A stretch of DNA of 64,000 nt from Callorhinchus milii (taxonomy: Eukaryota): assembly GCF_018977255.1 (NCBI RefSeq), contig NW_024704743.1, forward strand, positions 39,434,001-39,498,000, read 5' to 3'. The notes beneath the pieces were generated by a model that was not told the DNA's origin, did no database searches, and worked only from the letters and a program-made list of their open reading frames with translations. Both the position numbers and the translations under genes were made by a program. Shown here in pieces: positions 37,823-50,937 of the stretch; positions within the stretch are counted from its first letter, which is position 1; each line of letters starts with the position of its first letter.

Positions 37823-38165
37823 AATAATCCTTGCGTTTGATGTAGTGCCTTATCATGTCCTTGAGACATCTCGTAGCTCTTCACAAGATTTTACTGTCTG
37901 TTTTGTAGGCAGATGCAGTCGCCAATTTAAGCACAACAATGTCCCACAAACAATGAATAATGCATGACCAATTTTTATCTGGGAGATTGTTGGCCAGGTC
38001 ACTGAGAGAAATTTCTTTCTCTTTTCGAATAGTGCCATGGGTTCTTTAATGTCCATCTGAACATGCAGACTGGACCTCGGATTAACTTCTCATTCAAAGG
38101 ACGACACGTCTGACAATGCAGCACACCCAGCACACACAGCAGTGTTAGCCTAAGAGCTCAAAGCC
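37823..38165 (-). mobile_element. Older Deu-type SINE
   Basis: Reverse-complement Deu core and tail. Confidence 0.82.
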
Positions 38166-38224
38166 CCGACATGGACTGACATGGGCATAGTCCAAAAACT
38201 CTTTGTAATTTTCTAAATAAAATA

Positions 38225-38578
38225 TGTGGAGTTAGAGCACTCGCCTCACAAGCGAGAGACCTGGGTTTGTTTCCTGGCAAAGCGAAATGTTGAGCAAGTT
38301 TCCTTATACCACATGCCTGTTTACCTAGCAGTAAGTAGGAACTCAGTTCTTGGTCAATTGGCAGATTGCTTTTCCGGAGGACATAATTAATTCAAAAAAT
38401 AATAATAATAAATTGATTACTTCAATCCATGACTGTTTGTGATTCACTGCTGTGAGCAATTGGCTGCCACATTTTGTTCACAAAATATACAGTCAATTCA
38501 CTTTATTCTGTGAAGCGTTTTGAGATGTCTCATTGATGTGATAAGGCGCTCTATCAAATGCAAAGAGTATTATTATTA
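38225..38578 (+). mobile_element. tRNA-derived SINE, long variant
   Basis: gttagagcactcgcctcacaagcgagagacctggg and ctgtttacctagcagtaagtaggaac segment. Confidence 0.9.
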
Positions 38579-39096
38579 TCCTGCATATTACTGTATCTTA
38601 TCCTGCATCTTACTGCACTCAGACGTTTGTATAGAGTCAAACAGAGTTCATTGTTTTCAAAGCATTTTATTCTTAAATATTCAGACAACTCTCGCTGCAG
38701 ACAGGCTAAGTAGGATGCTGCCTCGCTGTCCCACGGTAGTTCATGATGATGAAATCCCCCATCTCGTGGAACTATTGGTCCATGTGATCACTGAAAATAT
38801 TTCATTCCTCATTGGCAATACCAGCTCGCAGCACAAAAATCAGAACACTGACATTTTAACCCTGTGGTGTTGATGTTCCACGTGGCAGTATACCCTGATA
38901 CTTTGATGGGAGCAGCTCAGAATAGAATTCTAAAATAGCCTTAAGCTTGTCTCTTATGCCTTGCAAAGCTCCTTTTATACACTGCACATTAATGGAATGC
39001 CAACAAAACAATGTTTATTTTTTTTCAGCAGGTGGAATATACATTGTTTCTGTGTTTCAAATTTTTTTTGAAACCATCATAGATGAACATAGGTAA

Positions 39097-39450
39097 ACAA
39101 CAACAACTTGCATTTATAAAGCGTCCTTCACACAGGGTAGCATCCTGGAGAGCTTCACAGTGACAGAGTCTGACACTGAGCGAGGAGGAGAGGGAGGGGG
39201 AGTAACTGTAAGCACGATGAAAAAGGAACGTCTTTCGGCAGGATTTGAAAGAGGGGAGGGAGGGGCAACGCAGAGGGATTGGGGGGAGAGTTACAGAGTT
39301 TGGGGTGTAGTGGTTGAAGGCACAGCCACCAATGGTGGAGTGGAGGGGACAAGGGACAAACAAGAGCCCGGAGCCAGCCAATGGAGGCAATGGGTGGTGG
39401 AGTGAGGGGTAGGGAGGGAGGTGTCAGGGCATGAAGGGTTTTGAAAACAG
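39097..39450 (-). mobile_element. L2 3' end, subfamily B
   Basis: STIGGCAFNHY..SFKSCRKTFLF. Confidence 0.87.
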
Positions 39451-39569
39451 GAAGAGAAGGAGGTCAATTAGCCCATTGAGTCTTTTCCACAGGTTTATTA
39501 GATCTTGGCAGAGCTTTTAATCCCATTGGCCTATCCTTTCACCGTACACCTTAATATCTGCAGATATAC

Positions 39570-39710
39570 AAGAGGGAGAAGGGAATTGAAGGGTATATGT
39601 GAAGCGATTAGGAGGGTTGGAGACTCGAGTGGAGTATAAACAACAACATGGCCTGGTTGGGCTCAATGGTCTGTTTCTGTGCTGTAATATTCTATGTAAT
39701 TCTATGTAAA
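39570..39710 (+). mobile_element. CR1-type 3' tail
   Basis: gggctcaatggtctgtttctgtgctgtaatattctatgtaattctatgtaa, with terminal repeats typical of CR1. Confidence 0.75.
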
Positions 39711-39892
39711 GTACTTAAGTTTTAGGGTCTCTGTACTAGTGGTCAGGCTGATTGGCTCCTTTCCTTCTCTAAAAACGTACTATGGAAGGTTTAATAAAAA
39801 AAAGTCTGCCTATAATCAGGCCCTTGAAGCCAGTCCTTAAACTGGTACCCAGAGAAGCAGGTCCGAAACTTCTGTAGGTGACAGCATGATTT

Positions 39893-40140
39893 ATAACAGT
39901 TTACATTTATATAGCGCTTTGCACCCTGCGAGGATGTCTCAAAATGTTTCATCATGCTGGATGTGCATCTGAGCTGAGGATACTTGCAAACAAGAGGGAG
40001 AAGGGAATAGAGTGGTGGGGGCCAAAATTATGGACAAATAGGTATGTTTTGAGATTGCCTGGGGGGGTGGGAGAGGGGGCAGAAAATCAGAGGGACTCCT
40101 GGGTGGAATTCCAGAAGGTGGGGGCAAAATGGCTGAAACA
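39893..40140 (-). mobile_element. L2 3' end, old
   Basis: ttacatttatatagcgctttgcac...ggaattccaga. Confidence 0.7.
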
Positions 40141-41436
40141 ATAACAGAATAAAGGCGAACATTTTGGCGACCGCAATGGCTTCAGGCTAAGTCATTGTAT
40201 CAAAGTGAAGAGTTGTCCATTGGAAAACTGCAATCAATAATTATCCACTGGTTTGAACACAGTTTTCCGCCATGTGATAATTATCTTCGGTGACAATTCT
40301 CACATCATGTGTGTGTTTTTTAACACTGATGAACACTGCATTGAAATGTGTAGGATGAACAGATCCCAATGATGCCAGTGAGACCCATTTATATCTTTAT
40401 CAGGCAGGCCGATTCCCTTGTCTCAGCAGCTCTGAAATCATCATGTTCTCCATCACGTTTAATCATCTGTCCTTAATATCAATACTAACCATAAACACAT
40501 TACTCTAGTGGTTTTTTTAAAAACATTACATTCTTAAGAAATGTTTGACTTTTTTTTCAAAAACAAATCCAGTTTTAAATGCAGTCTGTGTGTTTGGGAA
40601 GTGTGCCAGTTTCCTTTACCTCAGTTGCCCTCCAAAAAAATTGTGCTGAAGATTTTTAAATATATTTATCCCCTGCAGTTCATTTGGAGAGTGGATCATC
40701 TTCATTAGTAGGTTCTCCTTTAGCGAAAGATTACATTAAGATTCCCATTAAGAAGCACCAAAGATACATAATGAATTTTAAGTTGATCCACCGAGTGGTA
40801 CAATAATTATTTATTTATTTCTGCACAGTTTGATATTTGTTATACATTGCAGACACCAAGAATACTTTGTTTTAACATGTCATTGTTGGCTGTTTGAAGG
40901 ACTTTGCTGTGTGTTGACTGATTGCCAGGACTATTGTTGCCACAATTCACACATTTTGTTACTCATCCTACTCAACTGAATTTAGTTGAGCTGAAAGCCT
41001 GAAAAGTAATGTTCTAAACTACTGGAACCTTTCGAATAACTCTCCAAAACCTTTTCCAAATAAACACATGGAATGATACATGATTTGATTTAGTATCAAA
41101 CATAAGCCTAATCGTGCCAAGCCATGACTGTCTAGCATCTTTGGACATCCTCTCTTCCTGAAAGGCACTATATAAATGCAAGTTTGTATTGCATTATATT
41201 TTACCGCTAGTGTATTGTGTTGCCTCCACCCCCAACCTAGCATCTGAATATTGACAAATATTGACGATCTGTGATATAGGAGAGGGTGACCACAGGCATG
41301 GTCTAAGAGGAACGTGTGTGATTTATGTGATTTGAAGATGATCACGGAAACTGAAATCTTCTTGGAATTAACTGGCAGCCACAGAGAATGTTGTTTCCAT
41401 TTCAAAATCATTCTATGCTCTTACCAGTACTATACA

Positions 41437-41720
41437 GCGAGAGACCTGGGTTCAATTCCAGGCAGGGTGAAACCTTGGGCAAGTTTCCTTATGCCACACG
41501 CCTAATAATAATCCCTCCAAAAACAAAGCAAAAAAAATAAAATTGGTTATTTTCAATCCACGACTGTTTGTGGGACACTGCTGTGTGCAATTGGCTGCCG
41601 CGTTTTTCCCACAAATATACAGTCAATTCACTTTACAGTCAATTCTGTGAAGCGCTTTGAGACATCGAGAAGACGTGAAAAGCGCTATATCAAATGCAAG
41701 GATTATTATTATTATTATTA
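41437..41720 (+). mobile_element. tRNA-derived SINE, slightly 5'-truncated
   Basis: Starts at agcgagagacctggg; complete core and (TAT)n tail. Confidence 0.92.
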
Positions 41721-42489
41721 TACATTTTAGGTCAATTCAAGATGAAGAGGGTCCTTGTTAAGGACTCTGCTGAATAAAATAATATGTAACCTTTAAAAGT
41801 GAAAGAGCAGTGTTTAAATAACAATGGAAGTTTAACATTTTATTTTTGATATGGATTTAATTGAACGGCCTGAAATAACCTTTTCATACTTTATCTGCAT
41901 TATTTTTTCTGAAGTCCCTATCTGTGCTATTTGCTGCATTTCTAAATCAATGTTATTGTCTGTCCTTTTCTGTGGATGCCTATCTTGAGCGCTCATGAAC
42001 TTTCTCTTGCCTATTATGTGCTCATAGCTTGTAAGGTCAATTACACTCCCACCCACATCTGACGAAAAGGAATGATATTAAATTGTTGATTCTACTCAGT
42101 ATTTCTAATAATTCACCCACCAGTGGTTATTGTTCAGTAGTTACCTGGCAGCAACCAACTCGGTCACTTGAGGCAGACATAAAATAACAAGCATAAAAGG
42201 AATATCTTGATTGGCCCAGTCATATCTCCAGTAAGGTAAGGAAACAACTTGCATTTTTATAGGAACTTATTACATTAAAACATCTCAAAATTCTTCACAA
42301 GTAATTCATGTCAAAGTGCAACAACTATTTAATTTTTTTGTAGTCACAGAGGGCCACAAATGGCCTGGAGGAGAATAACCAATTAATCTGAGGAATTGTT
42401 GTCCAAAACATCTGGAGAATAGCAATCCTCAATTCCCTTATCCCCCAGAAATCCAGGTCCGTCTCCAAGCCTACCCATGGTACAATAGT

Positions 42490-43706
42490 CACCTCTGCTC
42501 CCAATAATCACAAGTGCAGATGGCACAAAGAGGGCCTCACGGTTCACCGCCAACTGTTGCTCAAGCGTCTTCATACCCACTGTTGCTCCCTCTCACATAC
42601 CAAAATCGCTTTCTGTTCACAGTTCATTCTCGAGGCCAAAAACAACCCCAAAATCCTGCTCTCCACTATCCACCACCTCCTCCCCCTCTCAAGAACCCTT
42701 GATCTTCACTTCTGATGCCATGTGTGAAGAGGTCCTGTACTACCGTATCTCTAAGATAGATAACAACCGCCTGGCTGCCTCCTCTCCCCTCCACCCCTCC
42801 CACCAGTGTCACCTACTACCCCTCCCCATGCCACTTTCATCACCCTCTCCTCCTACCACGACTCCTACCACAGCCCAATCCTACACTCCTTTGCTCCCAA
42901 CTCTCCCTCCTCCGTCTCCCCCACCATCACCCAGATGAAGCTCACCACCCACTGCCTCGATGCCCTCCCCACCCAGCTTCTGGGTACTCAACTCCCCCTC
43001 CTTTGCCCACTGTTGGATGACACAATCAACCAGTCACTCTCCTCAGGCTTCCGTCAACGTCTTCTATCATGCAGGTCTGAACCTCACAATTAATGCAGGC
43101 GAAACCATCGTCCAAACCTTTGTCACTTCCTGGCTGGACTTTTCCAATGCCCTCCTTGCTGATCTCCCCAGCTCCACCATACAGGAAATTCAATTAATTC
43201 AAAACTCCGCTGCCCAGATATGCACTCACACAAAACTTAGTAACCCCATCACACCAGTCCTTGCTGGGCTCCACTGGCTTCCTATTACCAAACAGATCGA
43301 TTTCAAGATCCTCTCACTCGTTTTCAAATCCCTTCATGCCCTTGCACCTCCTTACCTTTCCTATCTGCTTACCCCCCACTCTACCACCTCCTGCCTCTGC
43401 TCAGCTGGCTCCGGCCTCCTGTTTGTCTGTTGTCCTCTCTGCTCCACCATCAGTGGCCATGCCTTCAGCCACGATGCCCTGAAACTTTGGAACTCTCTCC
43501 CTCATTCCCTCTGCCTTGTCCCCTCCCTCCCCACTTTAAAATCCCACCTAAACTCTTTTCTATTTGATCACGCTTACAGTCACCTCCCACTCCCCCTGCC
43601 CCCCCACCCCACCCCGACCTACTGGCTCGGTGTCAGACTCCGCCACTGCCAAGCGCTCCGGGACACTACCCCACGTGAAGGGTGCAATATAAAGCCAAGT
43701 TATTGA
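42490..43706 (+). mobile_element. L2 LINE, subfamily B, with the RT core deleted
   Basis: 'LDALPTQLL..INQSLSSG' joined to 'VQTFVTSWLDFSNALL..LHWLPITKQIDFKIL..LWNSLP..LKSHLNSFLF'. Confidence 0.93.
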
Positions 43707-43999
43707 TGTAGTTAGTGTATGGTATGTCTACCAGGTTAGGAGATGCATCTAATACTTTGATTGCCACTAAAGATATTTGTGTGTACAGAGGAGTTATTTG
43801 ATTTATGTTGCTCTGATCAGGGGCACGCTGAGGGAATCTGCCAAACATGTCGAATTCTGGGTATTGTTCATGCTGATTTCAACATACCTTATGGCTCTTC
43901 TGTACTGATGCTGAGATGTTCGGCTGTGATGTTTCAAAGATCCCTGTTATAAGTGCTGTCAACTGAATGGAGAAATATAATATGTGCATTCCAATTAGT

Positions 44000-44135
44000 A
44001 AGGTGGTGACAGACAGTATAGTCGGCAGTATAGTATACACAAGGTATTGACAGGCAGTATAGTACACAGAAGGTGATGACGGGCAGTACAGTATACACAA
44101 GGCACTGACAGACAGTACAGTATACATAAGGTGGA
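44000..44135. repeat. About 29-bp minisatellite, about 4 units
   Basis: aaggtattgacaggcagtatagtacacag-like units. Confidence 0.85.
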
Positions 44136-44679
44136 AGCAAAGTGAGCACAGAATCAGGAACAGGGGACTGTTATTTAAAGCCCCTCTTGAGCCACCTTCA
44201 CACTGTGTAATGTGCTTTTAGAATAATACCAGCTTAATATCAGCGATCTGTTTGGGGTCAATTTTGTTGCCATGTTTCCGAGATTCCCACATCTATGATG
44301 ATTCCCTCTTTTGATGAAAGATTCTGCCCCTTATATGTAGGAAGATAGAATATGTTGCTGGTGTATGGATGTACAATGTTGTACAGCTGTTTGTGGGCCC
44401 CCAGATTCCAGTTGCAAGGATTCTGTCATGTCGTCGACAGCTGTTTTACCAGTTTCTCACCTGAGTGACTCATATAATTTCTCTGGCTTAGATACAGAGC
44501 ACAGACACAGGTTTAGTCCCAAAATGCTTTTGGACATTGGGAGCACCCAGAGGCAAGTCAATGAAATGGGAAAAGTCAAAGGAGGTGGGAAGAGGGCCAC
44601 TGAATGCAACAGAAAAGATTCATAACTAGATTGAATAAGTAATGATATATGAATGCATTGCTTTTTAAATGGATATTAG

Positions 44680-44920
44680 GTGGATGGTTAAGATCTTAAG
44701 GCACTGTTTGAAAAAAGAAGGGAGTTTCTCCTTGTGTCCCAGTCAATTATCCTCCAGAAAAAATGGTCATCACTTCATGGCTGTTTGTGGGACATTGCCC
44801 TAATGTGCCATGTTTGCCTAGAAAATACACTATTACTACACATTGCAGTAAATCTGGTGAAATGCTTTGTGGCATCCTTCAAATGTGAAAAGCGCTACAT
44901 CAAAGTTTATTATTATTATT
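44680..44920 (+). mobile_element. Deu-type SINE 3' part
   Basis: ggcactgtttgaaaaaagaagggagtttctcc..tgtttgtgggacattg..tail. Confidence 0.78.
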
Positions 44921-46734
44921 ATTTTATCCGAGACTCTCTGCAATTTCTTTTAATCTCGTGAGAAAGAAGAGCTTTCAATAGAAAGTCTGAGATCACAATG
45001 TTTTTCTTGACTACTAAGAAGAGTGTTCAGAGATAAGAAGCATCACAATGAACATGATAAACTCTGAGCAGTTGCATTCCATAAGGCCATGGAGGATTTA
45101 AGAAAAGTCTCAACGTCACTTTTCATTTAGGTGTTGTCTCACTGCAGTGTCCAAACTGATCCATTGGAAAATATGCTTCCAAATTTAGAATGAGTTTAAG
45201 AATTTTCATTTATTTTGCATTATCTTAAATGTTAAGTCTAACATTATAAGAAAGTGTGGGTCTCTGATATAAATCTCTTCATGCATGGGGGAAATACAGT
45301 AAAACAAAGTTTCCATGAACACTTGGTAATGAACCTTTGGAACATAGGTGTTGGAACTTAGGAACTTCAGATATTGTATTTTCAAGTACCTGCTTTGTTT
45401 TATGATTCAGGGTTGTATAAATATTTGGATTTTTGTCTATGATGTTTTGACTATTTTAACTTGTTCCATATAAATCATTTTTGGCAAGTACTCTGCAATA
45501 TGTATTTTGAAAGATTTTCAGCATGACTTTTTTGGATTGTCAAACCCTATAATTCAGCAAATTTGAAAAACAAGATACCACAAGAGCTTATGTTGCCAGG
45601 ACTTGCCTTTTTCTCCACATCAGAAACTGTTGGAATTACATTCAGGCTCCAAGACTCTAATTACTAAGCCATCATGCCTTTGGCACTCATTCTCAGAACA
45701 CTCAACCTAAGAGAGCAAAATCAAAGGCAAAAAAAAGGCAAAAAAAAAAGCAAAATCAAAGGCTCACCTCAAGTTTTGCTGTAGAATTAATTTTATGTTT
45801 TATAGCATGATCTTCATGAAATATGTATTCTTAATATCACAACATTTAAGTAAAAGGTAAAAAGGATTTCTTTCCGGAAATCTAGAGAAGTTTCTGACAG
45901 TTTCTGGCATATATACTAAAACACTGTTAAAAGAATGCAGCATTGATCGAAGAATACCAAAATGCAGAATTGGTTTTAATGATATAGGCATTCAAAGACA
46001 AATGTGTTCCTACTTTCATGTGAAATTGTAAGATGGAAATTTAGTCCGTCTAGATCATCTATCCAGACGAAAGTTGAACACACTCTATCCTTGTCAAATT
46101 TAGCAGATTTCTAGATATGAAGTCTGTTGATTGAAGTATTATTTCAATGAATCATTAAAAGGTCAGGCTATGTTGACACTATCTGAAAAGAGTGGACGTT
46201 TCCTCCACATATCCAGGCCAACAGTCGTCCAACTAAATTGGTCATTGATGTCATGGCTTTTTGTTGCCATGTTTGCCTATCATTACACAGTCACTGCACA
46301 ACAGCATTTTCGTGTGATGTGCATTGAGCTGTTTCAGATTACATCAAAGGCAAGGCTTACTTCTTGAGTGCTTGAAATGACGAACTTCTTACTTATTGTA
46401 CCACATTAAAACAAAAATAGTTGAGGAGGGTGGCTTTCAATCTTACCTACATTTAGTGGAACAAAGCTAAGGCACATCCAAGAGTTTTTTTTGATCAGCT
46501 GGGTGTCAGGTAATACCATCTAGTAAGTGTTGCCTCAAGCCTCAGAGTTTACATATCAGTTATTTAATGGACATTTGCCTTCAAGTGTGTTGGGTGAACC
46601 TTTACAGGACAGCATGTGACGTGCTGAAAGTCCAAGTCCAATGCCATGTATCTGCTTACTCAGTACCAGCTGTTTAATCCAGGTTCTCACGTAAGGGCTT
46701 TGGCAAATAATAATGCCTGCTGTGAAGTTGTTGT

Positions 46735-47162
46735 GGGCCTTGAAGGTGAGGATAAGGATTTTGAATTCTATCTTCTGAGGGATGGGGAGCCAGTGGAGCC
46801 GGATAGTGTGGAGGTGATGGGGTCATGGATCCTGGTGCAGGAGAGGACACAAGCTGCAGAGTTCTGGATGATCTGCAGCTTGTGGAGGGAAGAGTTGGGA
46901 AGACCGACAAGCAGAGAGTGGGCACAGTGGAGCCTAGATGTGATGACTGTGTGGATGAGGGTTTTGGCAGCCTGAGGGGTGAGGCAGTGGTGGAGCTGGG
47001 TGATGGTGCGGAGGTGGAGGAAGGCAGAGCAGGTCATAGCATGGATGTGGCATAGAAAGGACCATTGAGGGTCAAACAAGACGCCAAGGCTCCAGATGGG
47101 CTCCGTGAGGTGGAATGTGCATCCTTGGATGGTGATGCTGCCAGTGCCTAAGGTGTGGAGGT
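46735..47162 (-). mobile_element. L2 ORF2 fragment
   Basis: [40 protein letters not shown]. Confidence 0.92.
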
Positions 47163-47279
47163 ACATGTCAGGAATTCCTTCCCTGATCCTGAATCTCCTG
47201 AGGCATTTCTTATGCGAGGTAATGGATGCAAACCCTTGCTCATGGGTAAGGTAAGATTGTGGCTCTCAATTTTAAAAAA

Positions 47280-48560
47280 ATATCTTGGTCAGCCAGGTGT
47301 CTGACACATGCGGAAATCCATTACCATGCTTAAGAGTATCCAAATCAAGCTGAGATTTCCATGCATCCCACTTACACATGGAAATCTCAGAGATAGATTG
47401 TTGGATTGCACATTCTCTCCCAAGAGGGATTCATCTTGCTTACCTAATTATGGAGAGTATTAGGCGCAGGTTGGCAAGATCCAAGGCTTGGGGACCCCAG
47501 AGTGTGCGTTCAGGTATTGCTGAAGTCTAACCAGCTAAAACCACATGCTTGCCATTGATATTGCTGTCTGGCAAGCTTTCCTGCTGTTTGTCCAGCTAGG
47601 ACCACCCTTTCTGTTAGCCCATTGGCTTTCAGGGTTAGCAGGATCTGAATGGGATGACCCCCTGCCTCCAGTGACTGGTCGGCCCTTCCAGGTTCTAATG
47701 ATGAGCCAAACTGGCTGTGCTGTCATCAGCAGTGCCCTGGAATTTTACGGACCCTCCTGGCTCAGGAACTGGACTAATGAGACTGCCACAGAGGGCTAGC
47801 TGGATTCCAACATTTCATTGCCAAACATGTCACCTTGGAGTCCGTTCAGCTCCAAGGAGACCCCACTTAGCTCCTCCACAAGGAGGATAGTCATTAGTTG
47901 GTTGTATGAGATCTGACAAGCATGGGTTTGTGCCCTCACTAGGTGGATGGTAGGTACAAGGAACTCCATGCAAGCTTCCCGGTGGGCAATACATCTCAGC
48001 ATGAAATGGGTGAGAGCATTGCTACCATCTTCCTGTCCACAGCTCAGGCACACATCCATTCCTATTGAGCGATGGTTCTACCAGTTGGAAGTGCTGAGTT
48101 TAAACATCAGCTGCTTGCCTCTCTACAAACCAATCATGGTGGATTCCCGGCACTGGGTGTACGGATGTGTTTTTACGAACTCGGATGCCACGTAATGCCT
48201 TCCAGCAGCTGTCGCACCAAGCCTCAGAATTTCCTCATCAGCTATCTGGCAGGCGTCTGCCTTCAGTGTGGTGGGTAGACCTTTACCCAATAGCATTTAA
48301 TGTGCCAGCCACTTGATGTTCTTGAGGTTCAAATACAATGTCACATACCAGGCTTATTCAGCACCAGCTGCTCAATCCAGGTCCCATGTGAGGGGCCTTG
48401 GCAAAGAGACTGTGAAGCCGATTCTGCCTCCAGGGGGCTTAGCGACAGATCAGTGTTGGCCGTAGCCCTCCCTCCCTGTAGCCACTTCCTGTGTTTGCCA
48501 CAAATCTACCTCATCTTCCATTAGCACATCAAGCTTTTCTTCTGCCTCTCGTACATTTCT
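47280..48560 (-). mobile_element. Degenerate 3' portion of a CCHC-encoding non-LTR retrotransposon (RTEX-like)
   Basis: Minus strand reads RGKQLMFKLS..MDVCLSCGQEDGSNALTHFMLRC (Cx2C..Hx4C); its 3' 450 bp recur elsewhere in the window. Confidence 0.55.
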
Positions 48561-48777
48561 GCCCATTAAGCAAAGCTTCGCTCTGTATTTTGTGGATTCA
48601 GCCAAGCTCTGGTTTCTCCTATGTCAACAACAATAACAACAACAAATTGCATTTATATAGCACCTTTCATGTCCAGAGGACATCCCAAGGTCCTGAACAA
48701 TGAAAGTTTTGCATCCGTGCTGTCTCAGATCATTTAAGCTAAATGATTATTATTTTGCACATTTGGTTAGCAGTTAA

Positions 48778-48880
48778 TTTTTGTTGATCGGCTGGGTGTC
48801 TGACACATGCAGAAACCCATCACCATGTTTAACTGTATCCAAACCAAACTAAGAATTCCATGGATCCCACCTATAGGGAG
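48778..48880 (-). mobile_element. 3' terminus of the RTEX-like family
   Basis: ttgatcggctgggtgtctgacacatgcagaaacccatcaccatg matches 47286-47375. Confidence 0.65.
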
Positions 48881-49844
48881 TTTAAGAGGGTGAGGGGCAA
48901 GCAGAAGATCATAAGTCAAGGCGGGCTTTAAAGTATGGAGGGATGGGTTGGTGGGAGGCAAAGAAGGACAGCAGCCCCATATCTTACCATGAACAGTTTT
49001 AATCCCTGGAACCAGCACAATAAGATGCAAAAACCTTTGCGATAAATATCTTTGTCATCTCTTCTGGTTAAAAGTGGACAAGGACATTCTTTACACCAGC
49101 AAAGACACTACACAATCCTTCCTCTGGCCATGTGATTAAAATAAAAGACAGAGACTTAAAAATAACAAAGATTTATCGACCTTGGCCAACGACACTGTTG
49201 AATCTGCTGGCAGTAGAAGATCCCAGAAGCATCCCAATCGAGACTGCTCTCAGAAACACAAATTGGCACTGTTCACTGTGGACTCTTGAGGCAGTGAGGT
49301 AATAGTTGCTTAAGGACAATGATGAACTAATGACAGATTGGAGTTGGCAGGGAATCAGATGGTAGCAGAGCTACCACAGTGAAGACCTAAGGCCAAGAAA
49401 CATCTAACAGTTAGAAATTGTCTTAGGGTCCAGATATGTGAGCATTTTTATATTCTTCTTCGGGATTAAAATCCATAGACTCACAATTATTTCTGAAGTT
49501 AACTTTTAAGTCAATAGCCTTTACAAATTTTAAAATAAATTGAAAAACAAATAACTTGAATAAATAAGTAAAAACAATGAATATATTATTTTTAAATGAA
49601 CACCAAGATTTCAAATAATGAATAAGTGTTTCTTTTTCCTCAACAATATGTTCCCCTCTGCTCCTGATATAATTTCAATGTATTTTCTGTTATTGGCACC
49701 ATGGGTACCAATCTACCAATAGTGTCTTCCTTAAGTGACCAATATTCTGGTGTGATCCTTTACAATGAATACTGACAGGCTGGTAAATTGCACATAGCAT
49801 CACAGCTGACCCTGATCCTGATTTCTCATTGCCATAGCCATACA

Positions 49845-50155
49845 GAGTCCTGAAGCTCAGTGGTTAGAGCACTCACCTTGCAAGCGAGACACCTGGGTTC
49901 AATTCCAGGCAGGGCGAAACCTTGGGCAAGTTTCCCTACTCCACACGCCTAATAATAATCCCTCCAAAAAAATAATAAATAGTTCATTTTCAATCTACGA
50001 CTGTTTGTTGGACACTTTTGTGTGCAATTGGCTGCCACGTTTCTCCCACAAATATACGGTCAATTCACTTTAAAGTCTATTCTGTGAAGCGCTTTGAGAC
50101 TTCGAGAAGATGTGAAAAGCACTGTATCAAATCCAAGAATTATTATTATTATTAT
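49845..50155 (+). mobile_element. tRNA-derived SINE, full length
   Basis: Aligns with 1620-1935. Confidence 0.93.
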
Positions 50156-50189
50156 AAGCAATATTTACATAAGGGTTTGTTTGTTTTCG

Positions 50190-50486
50190 TCTTAAAAGAT
50201 CATGTCTGTAGGGGTCCTCATGAAGGAATATTTTAAATAGAATTAAAAAGGTAAAAACAGAACAATACTTTCGGACGGACCAAGACAGTAAAACAAGGTG
50301 TCGAATTGTAAAGAGCAATTTCAGGACAGATATCACAAACTTTTCTTTACCGGGGATGATTAATGACTGGAACAGATTACAGAGGAGGGTGGTTGAGGCC
50401 AGGATACTCTGATGTAATGGGAAGAAAATAAGATTTGTATTCTAGAAGGATGAGATCAAATTGGCTGAAGAGCTTTCTTCATCTGA
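50190..50486 (+). mobile_element. CR1/L3-type 3' fragment
   Basis: Homologous to 3225-3660 and 23540-23875. Confidence 0.75.
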
Positions 50487-50790
50487 AATAATAATAATAA
50501 TCCTTGCATTTGATATAGCGCTTTTCACGTCTTCTAGACATCCCAAAGCGCTTCACAGAATATACTGTAAAGTGAATTGACTGTATATTTGTGGGCAAAC
50601 GCGGCAGCCAATTGCGCACAGCAATTCCCACAAACAGTCGTAGATTGAAAATGACCAATTTATTATTGTGTTTTGTTTTTGGAGGGATTATTATTAGGTG
50701 TGTGGAGTAAGGAAACTTGCCCAAGGTTTTGCCCTGCCTGGAATTGAACTCAGGTCTCTGAGTGCTCTAACCACTGAGCTACAGGACTCC
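50487..50790 (-). mobile_element. tRNA-derived SINE with the anticodon arm deleted
   Basis: Reverse complement of the SINE; caggtctctgagtgctcta lacks the cgcttgcaaggc segment. Confidence 0.92.
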
Positions 50791-50937
50791 AAACCATGAT
50801 GGTCCAGAATGCCAGACCCACCCTTGTGTTCCAAAATTCCACTTTGTAAAAATGATTTATAATTGTTGTGACCCACAACAATGTGTGAATGGCAAGTTTC
50901 ATTATAGAATAGGGTCATCAGATTTCCCTGCTATTAA

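Noticed and set aside
38680..38900. CpG-containing unique stretch with open frames on both strands as an exon
   Set aside because: No convincing splice-site pair in an open phase and no recognisable protein
42960..43706. Longest ORF (248 aa) as a host gene
   Set aside because: It is the L2 ORF2 C-terminus fused across an internal deletion
44000..44135. CRISPR-like array
   Set aside because: Contiguous degenerate units without unique spacers, in vertebrate DNA; it is a minisatellite
50018..50724. Recurrent small ORFs ending KCKDYYYY as a peptide family
   Set aside because: They are chance translations of the SINE tail and its (TAT)n repeat
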